Made by a program: the position numbers and the translations under genes. From Acidobacteriota bacterium (GTDB lineage Bacteria; Acidobacteriota; Blastocatellia; Pyrinomonadales; Pyrinomonadaceae): 64,000 nt of DNA. Of the stretch, positions 10,077 to 18,605 are shown one piece after another (the stretch's first letter is position 1; each line of letters opens with the position of its first letter). The stretch is taken from the NCBI GenBank assembly GCA_016700075.1, contig CP065000.1:3124812-3188811 (forward strand), read 5' to 3'. The notes beneath the pieces were generated by a model that made no database searches, was not told the DNA's origin, and worked only from the letters and a program-made list of their open reading frames with translations.

Positions 10077-10955
10077 TCAACCACCCACTACCGAAGGTGG
10101 TTCTGACTTGAAGCGGTATTGTGCTAGCGTGTGGGCGAGGACGGTGATGATTATTATTGCGCCGCCGAGGATCGCCCATTGCGACGGGCGTTCGCCGATG
10201 AAGACAAAGACCCAAACCGGATTAAGCAGGGGTTCGACAAAGCCGATGATCGAGGCGTCGAGCGGGCGTGTGCCGCCGCGGACGCCTTTGATGAACAGGA
10301 TGTACGCGATACCGATCTGCAGAACGCCGAGAAACAGAACGGCGAAAAGATCCAGCAAAGTTATGGTCGGAATCGCGGCGATGCCGCTCGGCAGCGTGAC
10401 GATAGCGAGCAGGAAGTTGCCGTAGATGACCGTGACCGTGCCGCTAAGGCCGAGGGCTTTCGGGTGACGCAGCAGCAAGATATAGAGGCCTAAAAACACT
10501 CCCGAGCCGAGTGCGGCAATGTTGCCCGCAATATCGCCTGCCGACAGGTCGCCGACGAAGAACAGCGACATTCCCGCAATGCAGAAGATCACGGTTGCGA
10601 GGTCCCGGAGGCGGAACTTTTCGCCGATAACGAACGGTGCAAGGACGAGGATGTAGATCGGGGCCGTGTACTGCAGGAAGATCGCGTTAGCGGCGGTCGT
10701 TTGTTTGGTCGCCCAGACGAAAAGGAAAAGCAGCGTGGAATAAATGAGTGTGCAGAAAATGCCGAAGCCGTTTATTCGCAGGCCGTCGCGGCGTGTGATC
10801 AAAAGGACCGTTATTCCCGCGAAGAGCGATCGAAAGAACGTGACCTGATACGCGTCGAGGGAAGTGAGCTTGATGAAAAGGCCGCCGGTGCTCCAGAGGA
10901 ACACTGCGATAACGACGAGCATCACCGGGGGAATTGCCTGCAGACGCTTTTCCAT
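10077..10955 (-). CDS. EamA/DMT-family transporter
   Basis: About 10 hydrophobic helices in two halves, typical of the drug/metabolite transporter family. Start taken at MEKRLQAIPPVML. Confidence 0.75.
   Translation of the reverse strand: MEKRLQAIPPVMLVVIAVFLWSTGGLFIKLTSLDAYQVTFFRSLFAGITVLLITRRDGLRINGFGIFCTLIYSTLLFLFVWATKQTTAANAIFLQYTAPIYILVLAPFVIGEKFRLRDLATVIFCIAGMSLFFVGDLSAGDIAGNIAALGSGVFLGLYILLLRHPKALGLSGTVTVIYGNFLLAIVTLPSGIAAIPTITLLDLFAVLFLGVLQIGIAYILFIKGVRGGTRPLDASIIGFVEPLLNPVWVFVFIGERPSQWAILGGAIIIITVLAHTLAQYRFKSEPPSVVGG
10079..10108. repeat. hairpin element copy 2, forms the last codons and stop of the EamA gene
   Basis: AACCACC-CACTACCGAA-GGTGGTT-CTGACT; the minus strand reads ...FKSEPPSVVGG*. 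Confidence 0.75.
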
Positions 10956-11012
10956 TAAAAGAATTTTCAACGCAAAGCCGCCGAGACGCAAAGGCGAACG
11001 GAAGGGAAGTTA

Positions 11013-11089
11013 GCCGCGAATAACACGAAGACCACGAATCAATTGGACCGATATGGTGCCTTTGTCGTGATCTTCGTGTTATTCGCGGC
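11013..11089. repeat. long intergenic hairpin built of 9-nt units (CGCGAATAA CACGAAGAC CACGAATCA)
   Basis: GCCGCGAATAACACGAAGACCACGA (11013-11037) pairs with TCGTGATCTTCGTGTTATTCGCGGC (11065-11089): 24 of 25 bp. Confidence 0.8.
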
Positions 11090-11095
11090 CAGCAA

Positions 11096-12133
11096 TTATT
11101 CGCCGGAGGTCGCTTCTTTGACGACCTCGCGGAGCTTCTTGGCAGATGTCGTTACGGGTTCCAGCTCTACCTCCTCGACGTTGCCGTAAACCTTCTTGCC
11201 AAAGACTGCGTTCCAGGGCGGAATGACGATATGAACGTTGCCTTCGGCACGGGCCTGGCAGGCGAGGCGGAGAAACGGATGATCGCCTACGGGCTGGTTA
11301 TAGCCGAAAACTTTCATTTGGCGACGTTCGCGTGCGGGCGGCGGCGTGAGTTTTTCTTCGCCGGCGAGCACGCCGACCCAGCAAGTGCCGCAGCTTGCCG
11401 ATGTGCATTCGATCGGCACGGGCCCTTCCCAACAGCGGGCGTCCGATGCTTGCCAATTTTGCGAATGGTCCTTTTGCGATGCGGTTACGATCTCTTCGTC
11501 GTTGATGATGGTGAATTTGCCGGTGTAATTCAGCGCCGAATGGTTGACGGAGAATTGTTTATCGACGGTGCGGAGAAAGCCTAGCAGGCCCTGGCTGTCG
11601 TCTTTCGCACGCTCGGCGACGATGGCGTCGGGGCTTTTTGCCATTAGCCCTTTCGGCTCTGCGACCTCGCCCGAAGCTGCTTTGAAAGCGTCCAGGCCGA
11701 CCTGATTCAGCGTCATCAGGCCGACCGCGGCGATGGCGTTGACGAGCTTGCGTTCGACGCCGAGCTTTTCTGCGGCCTCGATCGATACTGATTTGATCAG
11801 ATCGACAAGTGAAGCAGGTTCCTCGGCCATTTCATCGGCCATTTTTTCGATAACGCACTTCACCTTTTTCCAGTAACGGTGGCCGTATAGGAAATGATGC
11901 GACGTGTCTATCTGCGTGGCTAGGCTGTATTCGCCCTGCATCGCGATTCTGCGTAGCGTTTCTTCAGTCGCACCGTTTTCTGCAAGAAACTCTTGCAGCC
12001 CGAGCGGATAAAAACGAAACCACACCTGCACAGCGTTGCGATCGACCTCGTGTATCGACGGCAGCAGCTCGTCAACCGCAGTCAGCCATACGTTCTCAGA
12101 GTGGTGTGAAAGAGACGCCTCGAATTCTGTCAT
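11096..12133 (-). CDS. protein with C-terminal plant-type 2Fe-2S ferredoxin-like domain
   Basis: C-x4-C-x2-C...C pattern (ECTSASCGTCWVGVL...LRLACQA). I do not recognise the N-terminal two-thirds. Confidence 0.6.
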   Translation of the reverse strand: MTEFEASLSHHSENVWLTAVDELLPSIHEVDRNAVQVWFRFYPLGLQEFLAENGATEETLRRIAMQGEYSLATQIDTSHHFLYGHRYWKKVKCVIEKMADEMAEEPASLVDLIKSVSIEAAEKLGVERKLVNAIAAVGLMTLNQVGLDAFKAASGEVAEPKGLMAKSPDAIVAERAKDDSQGLLGFLRTVDKQFSVNHSALNYTGKFTIINDEEIVTASQKDHSQNWQASDARCWEGPVPIECTSASCGTCWVGVLAGEEKLTPPPARERRQMKVFGYNQPVGDHPFLRLACQARAEGNVHIVIPPWNAVFGKKVYGNVEEVELEPVTTSAKKLREVVKEATSGE

Positions 12134-12254
12134 CTATTATTTGGTCTTGAACGGCGGTTCAGAAATCCGCCAACTCTCAAACTTACAAATTGTAACACAT
12201 CGTGCGAAAGTTGCCAATCACGATTGTTATTAGACCCCATTGCGAAAAAAAACA

Positions 12255-12284
12255 TTGACAAAATGAGGGGGGGGGGATTATATA
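12255..12284 (+). promoter_or_regulatory. sigma70-type promoter candidate with a G10 tract in the spacer
   Basis: TTGACA (12255-12260); spacer holds G x10 (12267-12276); -10 TTATAT/TATATA (12278-12284). An A8 run lies at 12245-12252, and the AraC ATG is about 30 nt downstream. Confidence 0.45.
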
Positions 12285-12313
12285 ACCGGATTCCAAACAT
12301 ACGAAGTCTTTCT

Positions 12314-12685
12314 ATGGTCACTATGGATCGACGCGTCTTTCACATCACACAATTGCTTAGGAGTTCGATGTCTAGAGAATGGACCGTCGAATCGATGGCC
12401 ACCGAAGTCAGAATGTCGGTGCCGCATTTTCAACGGTTATTTAAACAATCGATAGGTACCAGTCCGGCTGCATATCTAAATGAACTTAGACTCAAAAGGG
12501 CGAGAGTGCTGCTTTCAGAACCTGAATGTTTTTTGCACATAAAAGAGGTCGCGTTCCAAATCGGCTTTAGAAGCACGAGCCATTTCACGACTGAATTCAA
12601 GAACAAATTTGGCTCAACCCCAACGGAATTTCGCAACCAACAGTCAGAAATTCACCAGTCATTATCGCCAATCCGAAGCAAATGA
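12314..12685 (+). CDS. AraC-family transcriptional regulator, HTH domain only
   Basis: EWTVESMATEVRMSVPHFQRLFKQSIGTSPAAYLNELRLKRA...IKEVAFQIGFRSTSHFTTEFKNKFGSTPTEFR is the dual-HTH AraC signature. There is no room for a sensor domain. Confidence 0.8.
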   Translation: MVTMDRRVFHITQLLRSSMSREWTVESMATEVRMSVPHFQRLFKQSIGTSPAAYLNELRLKRARVLLSEPECFLHIKEVAFQIGFRSTSHFTTEFKNKFGSTPTEFRNQQSEIHQSLSPIRSK

Positions 12686-12842
12686 TCGTTTTCGACAGGT
12701 AATGTTGGAAATGCTCACTAAATAATCGTTGAATTTATCAACGGTTTCGTGAAGACTTTAGGGAGTCGGAAACTGGTCTAATTTCAATTCTCATTGAACA
12801 TCTAGCGATTTAATTAAGATTCACGTTCGGTTGGTTTTATCA

Positions 12843-13364
12843 ATGGAACGATTTCGGAAGATTCTTGAAATAGCATCTAATCTAGCCATAGTGCTAGTTG
12901 TAGCCCTACTAGGAGTCTTTGTATTTCAACGTAATTTCGATCGACCGATAAAGCCGAGCCCGGGAAGGAGTGACTTCATAAAGCCTGGGAGTCGTTTGGC
13001 TTTTAGTGGTCTCGACTGGGGCAAAAGTGATAGAAATCTTCTCCTCGTTCTTTCGGCGAATTGCAGGTTCTGCACCGAAAGTTCTACGTTTTATCGGAGA
13101 ATCGTGGCCCAAAATGACGATTCTTCCAAGCTAAGAATTTTGGCCGTGTTTCCGCAGGAAACTAACGAAGCAAAACAATTCCTCATCTAGAACGAGATAA
13201 CGGTTGATGCTGTGGTATCGGCCAGCCCAGCCGAATTGATGGTGAAGGGGACGCCGTCCTTACTGCTAGTCGATTCAACGGGGATTGTACAAAAAACGTG
13301 GGTCGGGAAAATACCTCCTGAAAAAGAACCCGAGGTATTGTCTACAATTTTTGATTGGCTTTAA
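12843..13364 (+). pseudogene. membrane-anchored TlpA/ResA-like thioredoxin-fold protein interrupted by an in-frame TAG (13188-13190)
   Basis: N-terminal TM helix and CxxC (SANCRFCTES). After TAG the same frame continues NEITVDAVVSASPAELMVKGTPSLLLVDSTGIVQKTWVGKIP...DWL*, the expected C-terminal half of the fold. Confidence 0.7.
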
Positions 13365-13413
13365 TGCAGTTCTTGTTCGCTAAGAACGTTACGTACGAAA
13401 AGGAGAAAATGAC

Positions 13414-13779
13414 ATGCAAAATATTCTAATTAGATTGACGATGTTAACTGTTGGACTAGCTGCACTGGGCGTATTCCTTTTCGATGAAAAGGCTTCCGCC
13501 GCGGATGCTATTGTCGTAGCAGGTCCGTGCCAGCAAGACTGCGACAGATACTGGGAGATTTGCAACGACGCATGTGAGGAAGCGTGCGAAATCAATGATC
13601 AAGATTGTACTTCTTGCGTAATTGGTTGTGCACAGGAATGGAACAGTTGTTCTCAGCATTCAATATATTGCTCCCAGGGTAGTTTTTCGTACAACCCCAG
13701 TTGCAATCTCCAATTTGGATTACATTGCGTTGTCGTCGGTGGAATCGAAGATTGCGATACCCGCGAACGGTGCTCATAA
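13414..13779 (+). CDS. small secreted Cys-rich acidic protein
   Basis: AGGAG upstream. Signal peptide ending ASA|AD; 14 Cys in about 92 mature residues, many spaced i/i+4 (CQQDC, CNDACEEAC). Confidence 0.6.
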   Translation: MQNILIRLTMLTVGLAALGVFLFDEKASAADAIVVAGPCQQDCDRYWEICNDACEEACEINDQDCTSCVIGCAQEWNSCSQHSIYCSQGSFSYNPSCNLQFGLHCVVVGGIEDCDTRERCS

Positions 13780-14050
13780 TGGGTATTCTGAAATATGCAA
13801 TCGTATTGGTTATGAAAATGGCTGCGTCGTTTGTCCAGATCCTGATAACCAAAATTGTTACGGAAGTGGCGGCCCAGGTCAGGGACCTCTTCAATGTTTG
13901 TAGACGGAAATCATTATAATGCCGTTATGCTTGGGACTGTATCAGGTGCCGTTTTTAGGTAACTACCATACATCACATTTGCGATTATTGTGTAAATATC
14001 GGAGTTGCGGCGCCTGTCGGGCAAACTGGTTTAATTCTACTAACCAACTG

Positions 14051-15016
14051 ATGTGTGTAGACCGCAATCGATTGGAGCCTGCTGTGATTTTCCCCATTAC
14101 TGTAATTGCTTCCGCGCTTGTTCTTCTTTTTTCTCTAACTATATACTCCCAGTCAGAACCACCTCTTCGAGTGAATACCAATATTGTGATTGTTCCCGTA
14201 TCGGTGATTGACCGAGATGGTAGGTTCGTATCGGACTTGAAACAGGATGATTTTAGAATATTTGAAGACGGAATCCAGCAAGAAATTGAACTGTTCGAGT
14301 CGACATCACTTCCGATCACCATTTATTTTTTGGTCGACATGAGCGGGTCGATGACCAAGCACGTGACATCCGTCAACGAAGCCATAAACACGTTCGTCCG
14401 CCAACTGCGCCCGGACGACCAAGTGGCAGTTGCATCCTTCGCCGATTTCACAAATGTATTAATAAAGCCCACAAAGGTCTCGACGTTACAAAGAAGTATC
14501 CAGGTGAAACCGAGAGTCGACAGCCATTTCACGAGAATTTACGATGGCGTGCATGACGTGCTGAAAGCTGTTAGGAAGATAAAGGGAAGGAAATCAGTAG
14601 TAGTTTTTTCCGACGGTGCCGGTGATGGGACGTACGCATCTGCAAGTGGAAATTTGCGTGACGCTGAAGAAGGCGATGCGACTATTTACACGGTTCAGTT
14701 TCGTTATTTTAATTCGTCGCCGCCACGTGGAATTAGTCAAAAAAAGTTCCACCAGGCACTTGAAAACGCGACTACTTATATGCAAAAACTGCCTCAACTA
14801 TCTGGTGGGCGATACTACAATATCGAAAAAATCACTAGTCTTGATGAAGTTTTTGAAAAGATAGTGAATGAACTTTGTGGGCAATATAATCTCGGATATT
14901 ACCCACGAGGTGATGGAAGGCCTGGTGAACACCGTAGGATCACAGTCAGGGTGGGTCGTGCCGAGGTCGCTGTAAGATCGAAGAATGGGTATTTTTTCTC
15001 TTTTGGAAGGAGGTAG
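14051..15016 (+). CDS. VWFA domain protein (signal-anchored)
   Basis: TM anchor then LRVNTNIVIVPVSVIDRDGRFVSDLKQDDFRIFEDG, MIDAS DMSGS in YFLVDMSGSM, VVVFSDGAGDG. An alternative upstream ATG at 13919 overlaps a TAATG junction. Confidence 0.8.
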   Translation: MCVDRNRLEPAVIFPITVIASALVLLFSLTIYSQSEPPLRVNTNIVIVPVSVIDRDGRFVSDLKQDDFRIFEDGIQQEIELFESTSLPITIYFLVDMSGSMTKHVTSVNEAINTFVRQLRPDDQVAVASFADFTNVLIKPTKVSTLQRSIQVKPRVDSHFTRIYDGVHDVLKAVRKIKGRKSVVVFSDGAGDGTYASASGNLRDAEEGDATIYTVQFRYFNSSPPRGISQKKFHQALENATTYMQKLPQLSGGRYYNIEKITSLDEVFEKIVNELCGQYNLGYYPRGDGRPGEHRRITVRVGRAEVAVRSKNGYFFSFGRR

Positions 15017-15124
15017 TTCCGAAATTCAAAATTCGTGATTCATTCCACCCTTTCTCCTACTCTAACTATCCAAAGTGCGATACAATTATTAAAAGCGATT
15101 TTCAAGATAAGCGGCGAACTTCAA

Positions 15125-15153
15125 CTTGACACGATTCTCTGAAATTCATAATA
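15125..15153 (+). promoter_or_regulatory. sigma70-type promoter candidate for the rpsL cluster
   Basis: TTGACA (15125-15130), 17-nt spacer, TAATAT (15148-15153). Confidence 0.55.
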
Positions 15154-15450
15154 TCTAAAGTTTCGGACTTTGCGGTCTGTTGCGTCTTGGAGGCGAAAGT
15201 GCTGAAAAGACGGGGATTTTTGAGAATCAGGGACAGGAATTGTTGCGTAAGAGGTGCGGGAACACACTCGCTGCCGGCTGAGAAAAACACATCTATTGCC
15301 ACGCTACAGCAAAGTCCGGATACTCGGGATCGACTAATTAAGAGCAATTCATTCAGCGCGAGCTGCTTGAGCTAACTGCCGGATGCGTCCGGCAAGAGTC
15401 AGGTAAGACATTTGTTTTGCCTACGTAAAAAAGAAGGGTTTTGGTAGATT

Positions 15451-15831
15451 ATGCCGACAATTAACCAACTAGTTCGCAAAGGGCGTCAGCGCGTCAAGTA
15501 TAAGACCGCAAGCCCGGCATTGCAGTCAAATCCGCAGAAGCGCGGCGTTTGCACGCGTGTTTACACTTCAACGCCGAAAAAGCCGAATTCGGCTCTGCGT
15601 AAGGTCGCACGTGTTCGCCTGACGAATCAGATCGAGGTGACGACATACATTCCGGGTATCGGCCACAACCTGCAGGAGCATTCGATCGTGCTCATCCGCG
15701 GCGGCCGCGTAAAGGACCTTCCGGGTGTGCGTTATCACGTTATTCGCGGAACGCTGGACGCTTCGGGCGTCGCGAACCGTAATCAGGCCCGTTCGAAGTA
15801 CGGTGCGAAGCGGCCGAAAGGAGCGAAGTAA
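15451..15831 (+). CDS. rpsL: 30S ribosomal protein S12
   Basis: [13 protein letters not shown]...[16 protein letters not shown]; synteny. Confidence 0.98.
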   Translation: MPTINQLVRKGRQRVKYKTASPALQSNPQKRGVCTRVYTSTPKKPNSALRKVARVRLTNQIEVTTYIPGIGHNLQEHSIVLIRGGRVKDLPGVRYHVIRGTLDASGVANRNQARSKYGAKRPKGAK

Positions 15832-15842
15832 GAATTGAGTAA

Positions 15843-16367
<525 letters not shown>

Positions 16368-16370
16368 TCA

Positions 16371-16420
16371 TTGGTCCTTGGTCATTTGTCCTTAGCAAAG
16401 GACGGATGACAAATGACAAA
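16371..16420. repeat. imperfect hairpin of 7-nt units filling the rpsG-fusA spacer
   Basis: GGTCCTT GGTCATT TGTCCTT / loop / AAGGACG GATGACA AATGACA. About 20 of 25 positions pair, counting G-U. Confidence 0.6.
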
Positions 16421-16431
16421 GGACATTTGCT

Positions 16432-18528
16432 ATGGCAAACATAAGTTTAGACAAATACAGGAACATCGGGATCATGGCCCACATCGACGCGGGCAAGACC
16501 ACGACGACCGAGCGCATTCTTTTCTATACCGGGGTTTCGCACAAGATCGGCGAGGTTCACGAAGGAACCGCGACGATGGACTGGATGGAACAGGAACAGG
16601 AGCGCGGCATTACCATTACGTCGGCTGCTACGACCTGTTTCTGGACGCGTAACAACACCGAGCATCGCATCAATATCATCGACACACCGGGACACGTTGA
16701 CTTCACGATGGAAGTTGAGCGGTCCCTTCGTGTTTTGGACGGTGCGGTCGCTGTATTCGACGGCGTGGCGGGCGTTGAGCCTCAGTCCGAGACCGTATGG
16801 CGTCAGGCCGATAAATACGGCGTTCCGCGTATTTGCTTCATTAATAAGCTCGACCGTGCGGGTGCATCGTTCGAACGCAGTTTTCAGTCGATCCTTGACC
16901 GCCTCGGTGCAAACGCAGTTGCTTTGCAGATCCCGATCGGTCTTGAAGAGCACCTGAAAGGCGTCGTCGATCTGATCGAGATGAAGGCCCTGCTTTGGAA
17001 AGACGAGACCAAAGGTGCCCAGTACGAGACCGTGGATATCCCTGCAGATATGGTCGATCAGGCTAACGAATGGCGCGAAAAACTGGTCGAGGCCATTTCC
17101 AGCGTCGATGACGACCTGATGGTCAAGTTCCTCGAAGGCGAAGAGATCTCGACTGACGAGATCCGCAAGGCTCTTCGCAAGGCGACCACCGAACTGAAGA
17201 TCGTTCCCGTTGTTACGGGTTCAGCTTTCAAGAATAAAGGCGTGCAGACGCTGCTTGACGCAGTCGTCGATTACCTGCCGTCGCCGCTGGACGTTCCCGC
17301 GATCGAAGGCACGAATCCGAAGACCGATGAGGTTGAGACCCGTGAAGCCGATGCAAAGGCTCCGTTCTCGGGCCTCGTCTTTAAGCTGATGGCTGACAAG
17401 CATCTCGGCCAGCTCGCATTCGTACGCATCTATTCCGGCACTGTCACCTCAGGCTCCTACGTTTACAACACAATTAAGAATTCGAAAGAACGCGTCGGCC
17501 GACTGATGCTGATGCACGCGAACAAGCGTGAGGACCTAGAAAAGGCGTCCGCGGGCGAGATCGTCGCTATCGGCGGCATGAAGAACGTCACGACCGGCGA
17601 CACCATCTCGGCAGAGGACAAGCACATCATCCTCGAATCGATGGAGTTCCCGGATCCGGTCGTCCGCGTCGCGGTCGAACCGAAAACGCGTGCCGACCAA
17701 GACAAAATGGGCGTCGCCCTCAACCGCCTCGCGCAGGAAGATCCGTCATTCCAGGTTTCGACGGACCACGAAACGGGCCAGACCATCATTGCCGGTATGG
17801 GCGAACTTCACCTCGAGATCATTGTTGACCGCATGAAGCGTGAATTCGGCGTCGAGGCCAACGTCGGCAAGCCGCAGGTCGCATACCGCGAAACTATTAC
17901 CGCAGGAGCACCGGGCAAAGAGATCTTCAAGAAGCAGTCGGGCGGCCGCGGCCAGTTCGGCCACGTCGAACTCGAGATCGAGCCGGCACCCGGCGAGGGC
18001 TTCGTTTTCGAAGACAAGATCACGGGTGGTGCCATTCCGCGTCAGTTCATCAAGCCTGTTTCGGAAGGCATTCAGGACGCCATGCGTCGCGGATTCCTTG
18101 CCGGCTACGAGCTGGTCGATATCAAGGCGAGCCTTGTTTTCGGCTCGTATCACGAGGTCGATTCGGACGAGCGTTCGTTCCACATCGCAGGTTCGCTCGC
18201 GTTTCAGGACGCACTTAAGAAGGCGAAGCCGATCTTGCTTGAGCCGATCATGAAGGTCGAGGTCGTCACGCCTGAGGAATATATGGGAGCCGTCAACGGC
18301 GACCTTAACCGGCGCCGCGGGCAGATCGAAAAGATGGAGCCGCGTCCGGGCAATGTTTCGGTCGTGACCGCTTATGTGCCGCTGTCTGAGATGTTCGGTT
18401 ACACGACCGACCTTCGTTCGGCGACTCAGGGGCGTGCGACGTCTTCGATGCACTTCGAGCGTTATGCCGAAGCACCGCGAAACGTGGCAGAAGAGATCAT
18501 CGCAAAGGTAAAGGGAGCAAGCAATTAA
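16432..18528 (+). CDS. fusA: elongation factor G
   Basis: [28 protein letters not shown], 698 aa. Confidence 0.98.
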   Translation: MANISLDKYRNIGIMAHIDAGKTTTTERILFYTGVSHKIGEVHEGTATMDWMEQEQERGITITSAATTCFWTRNNTEHRINIIDTPGHVDFTMEVERSLRVLDGAVAVFDGVAGVEPQSETVWRQADKYGVPRICFINKLDRAGASFERSFQSILDRLGANAVALQIPIGLEEHLKGVVDLIEMKALLWKDETKGAQYETVDIPADMVDQANEWREKLVEAISSVDDDLMVKFLEGEEISTDEIRKALRKATTELKIVPVVTGSAFKNKGVQTLLDAVVDYLPSPLDVPAIEGTNPKTDEVETREADAKAPFSGLVFKLMADKHLGQLAFVRIYSGTVTSGSYVYNTIKNSKERVGRLMLMHANKREDLEKASAGEIVAIGGMKNVTTGDTISAEDKHIILESMEFPDPVVRVAVEPKTRADQDKMGVALNRLAQEDPSFQVSTDHETGQTIIAGMGELHLEIIVDRMKREFGVEANVGKPQVAYRETITAGAPGKEIFKKQSGGRGQFGHVELEIEPAPGEGFVFEDKITGGAIPRQFIKPVSEGIQDAMRRGFLAGYELVDIKASLVFGSYHEVDSDERSFHIAGSLAFQDALKKAKPILLEPIMKVEVVTPEEYMGAVNGDLNRRRGQIEKMEPRPGNVSVVTAYVPLSEMFGYTTDLRSATQGRATSSMHFERYAEAPRNVAEEIIAKVKGASN

Positions 18529-18533
18529 CGATT

Positions 18534-18598
18534 GATATCAGAGAACTGATATCTGAAATTTGAAACTCAATAACGGGATTTTAAATTCAATAACGGGA
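18534..18598. repeat. fusA-tuf spacer: 8-bp hairpin plus a 16-nt direct repeat
   Basis: GATATCAG-AGAA-CTGATATC (18534-18553). AAA[C/T]TCAATAACGGGA occurs at 18563-18578 and 18583-18598. Confidence 0.6.
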
Positions 18599-18605
18599 GA
18601 AGCAA

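Noticed and set aside
13188-13190. TAG as a recoded sense codon (pyrrolysine or suppression)
   Set aside because: TAG is the ordinary stop of many conserved genes here (rpsG, rpsJ, rplW, rplB, rpsS, rplF, secY, rpsM). No pyl-type genes are in view. A pseudogene or sequencing error is the simpler explanation.
13919-14050. Upstream ATG (13919) as the VWFA start, adding 44 residues (MPLCLGLYQVPFLGNYHTSHLRLLCKYRSCGACRANWF...)
   Set aside because: It is not excluded, since the TAATG overlap favours it. However, the conserved architecture (short N-terminus, TM anchor, then the beta-rich VWFA-associated region) is satisfied from ATG 14051. I annotated the conservative start and flagged the ambiguity.
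15187-15375. 62-codon TTG-initiated ORF in the rpsL leader
   Set aside because: It is Arg/Ser/Cys-rich with no SD, signal or motif. It more likely lies within a non-coding leader.
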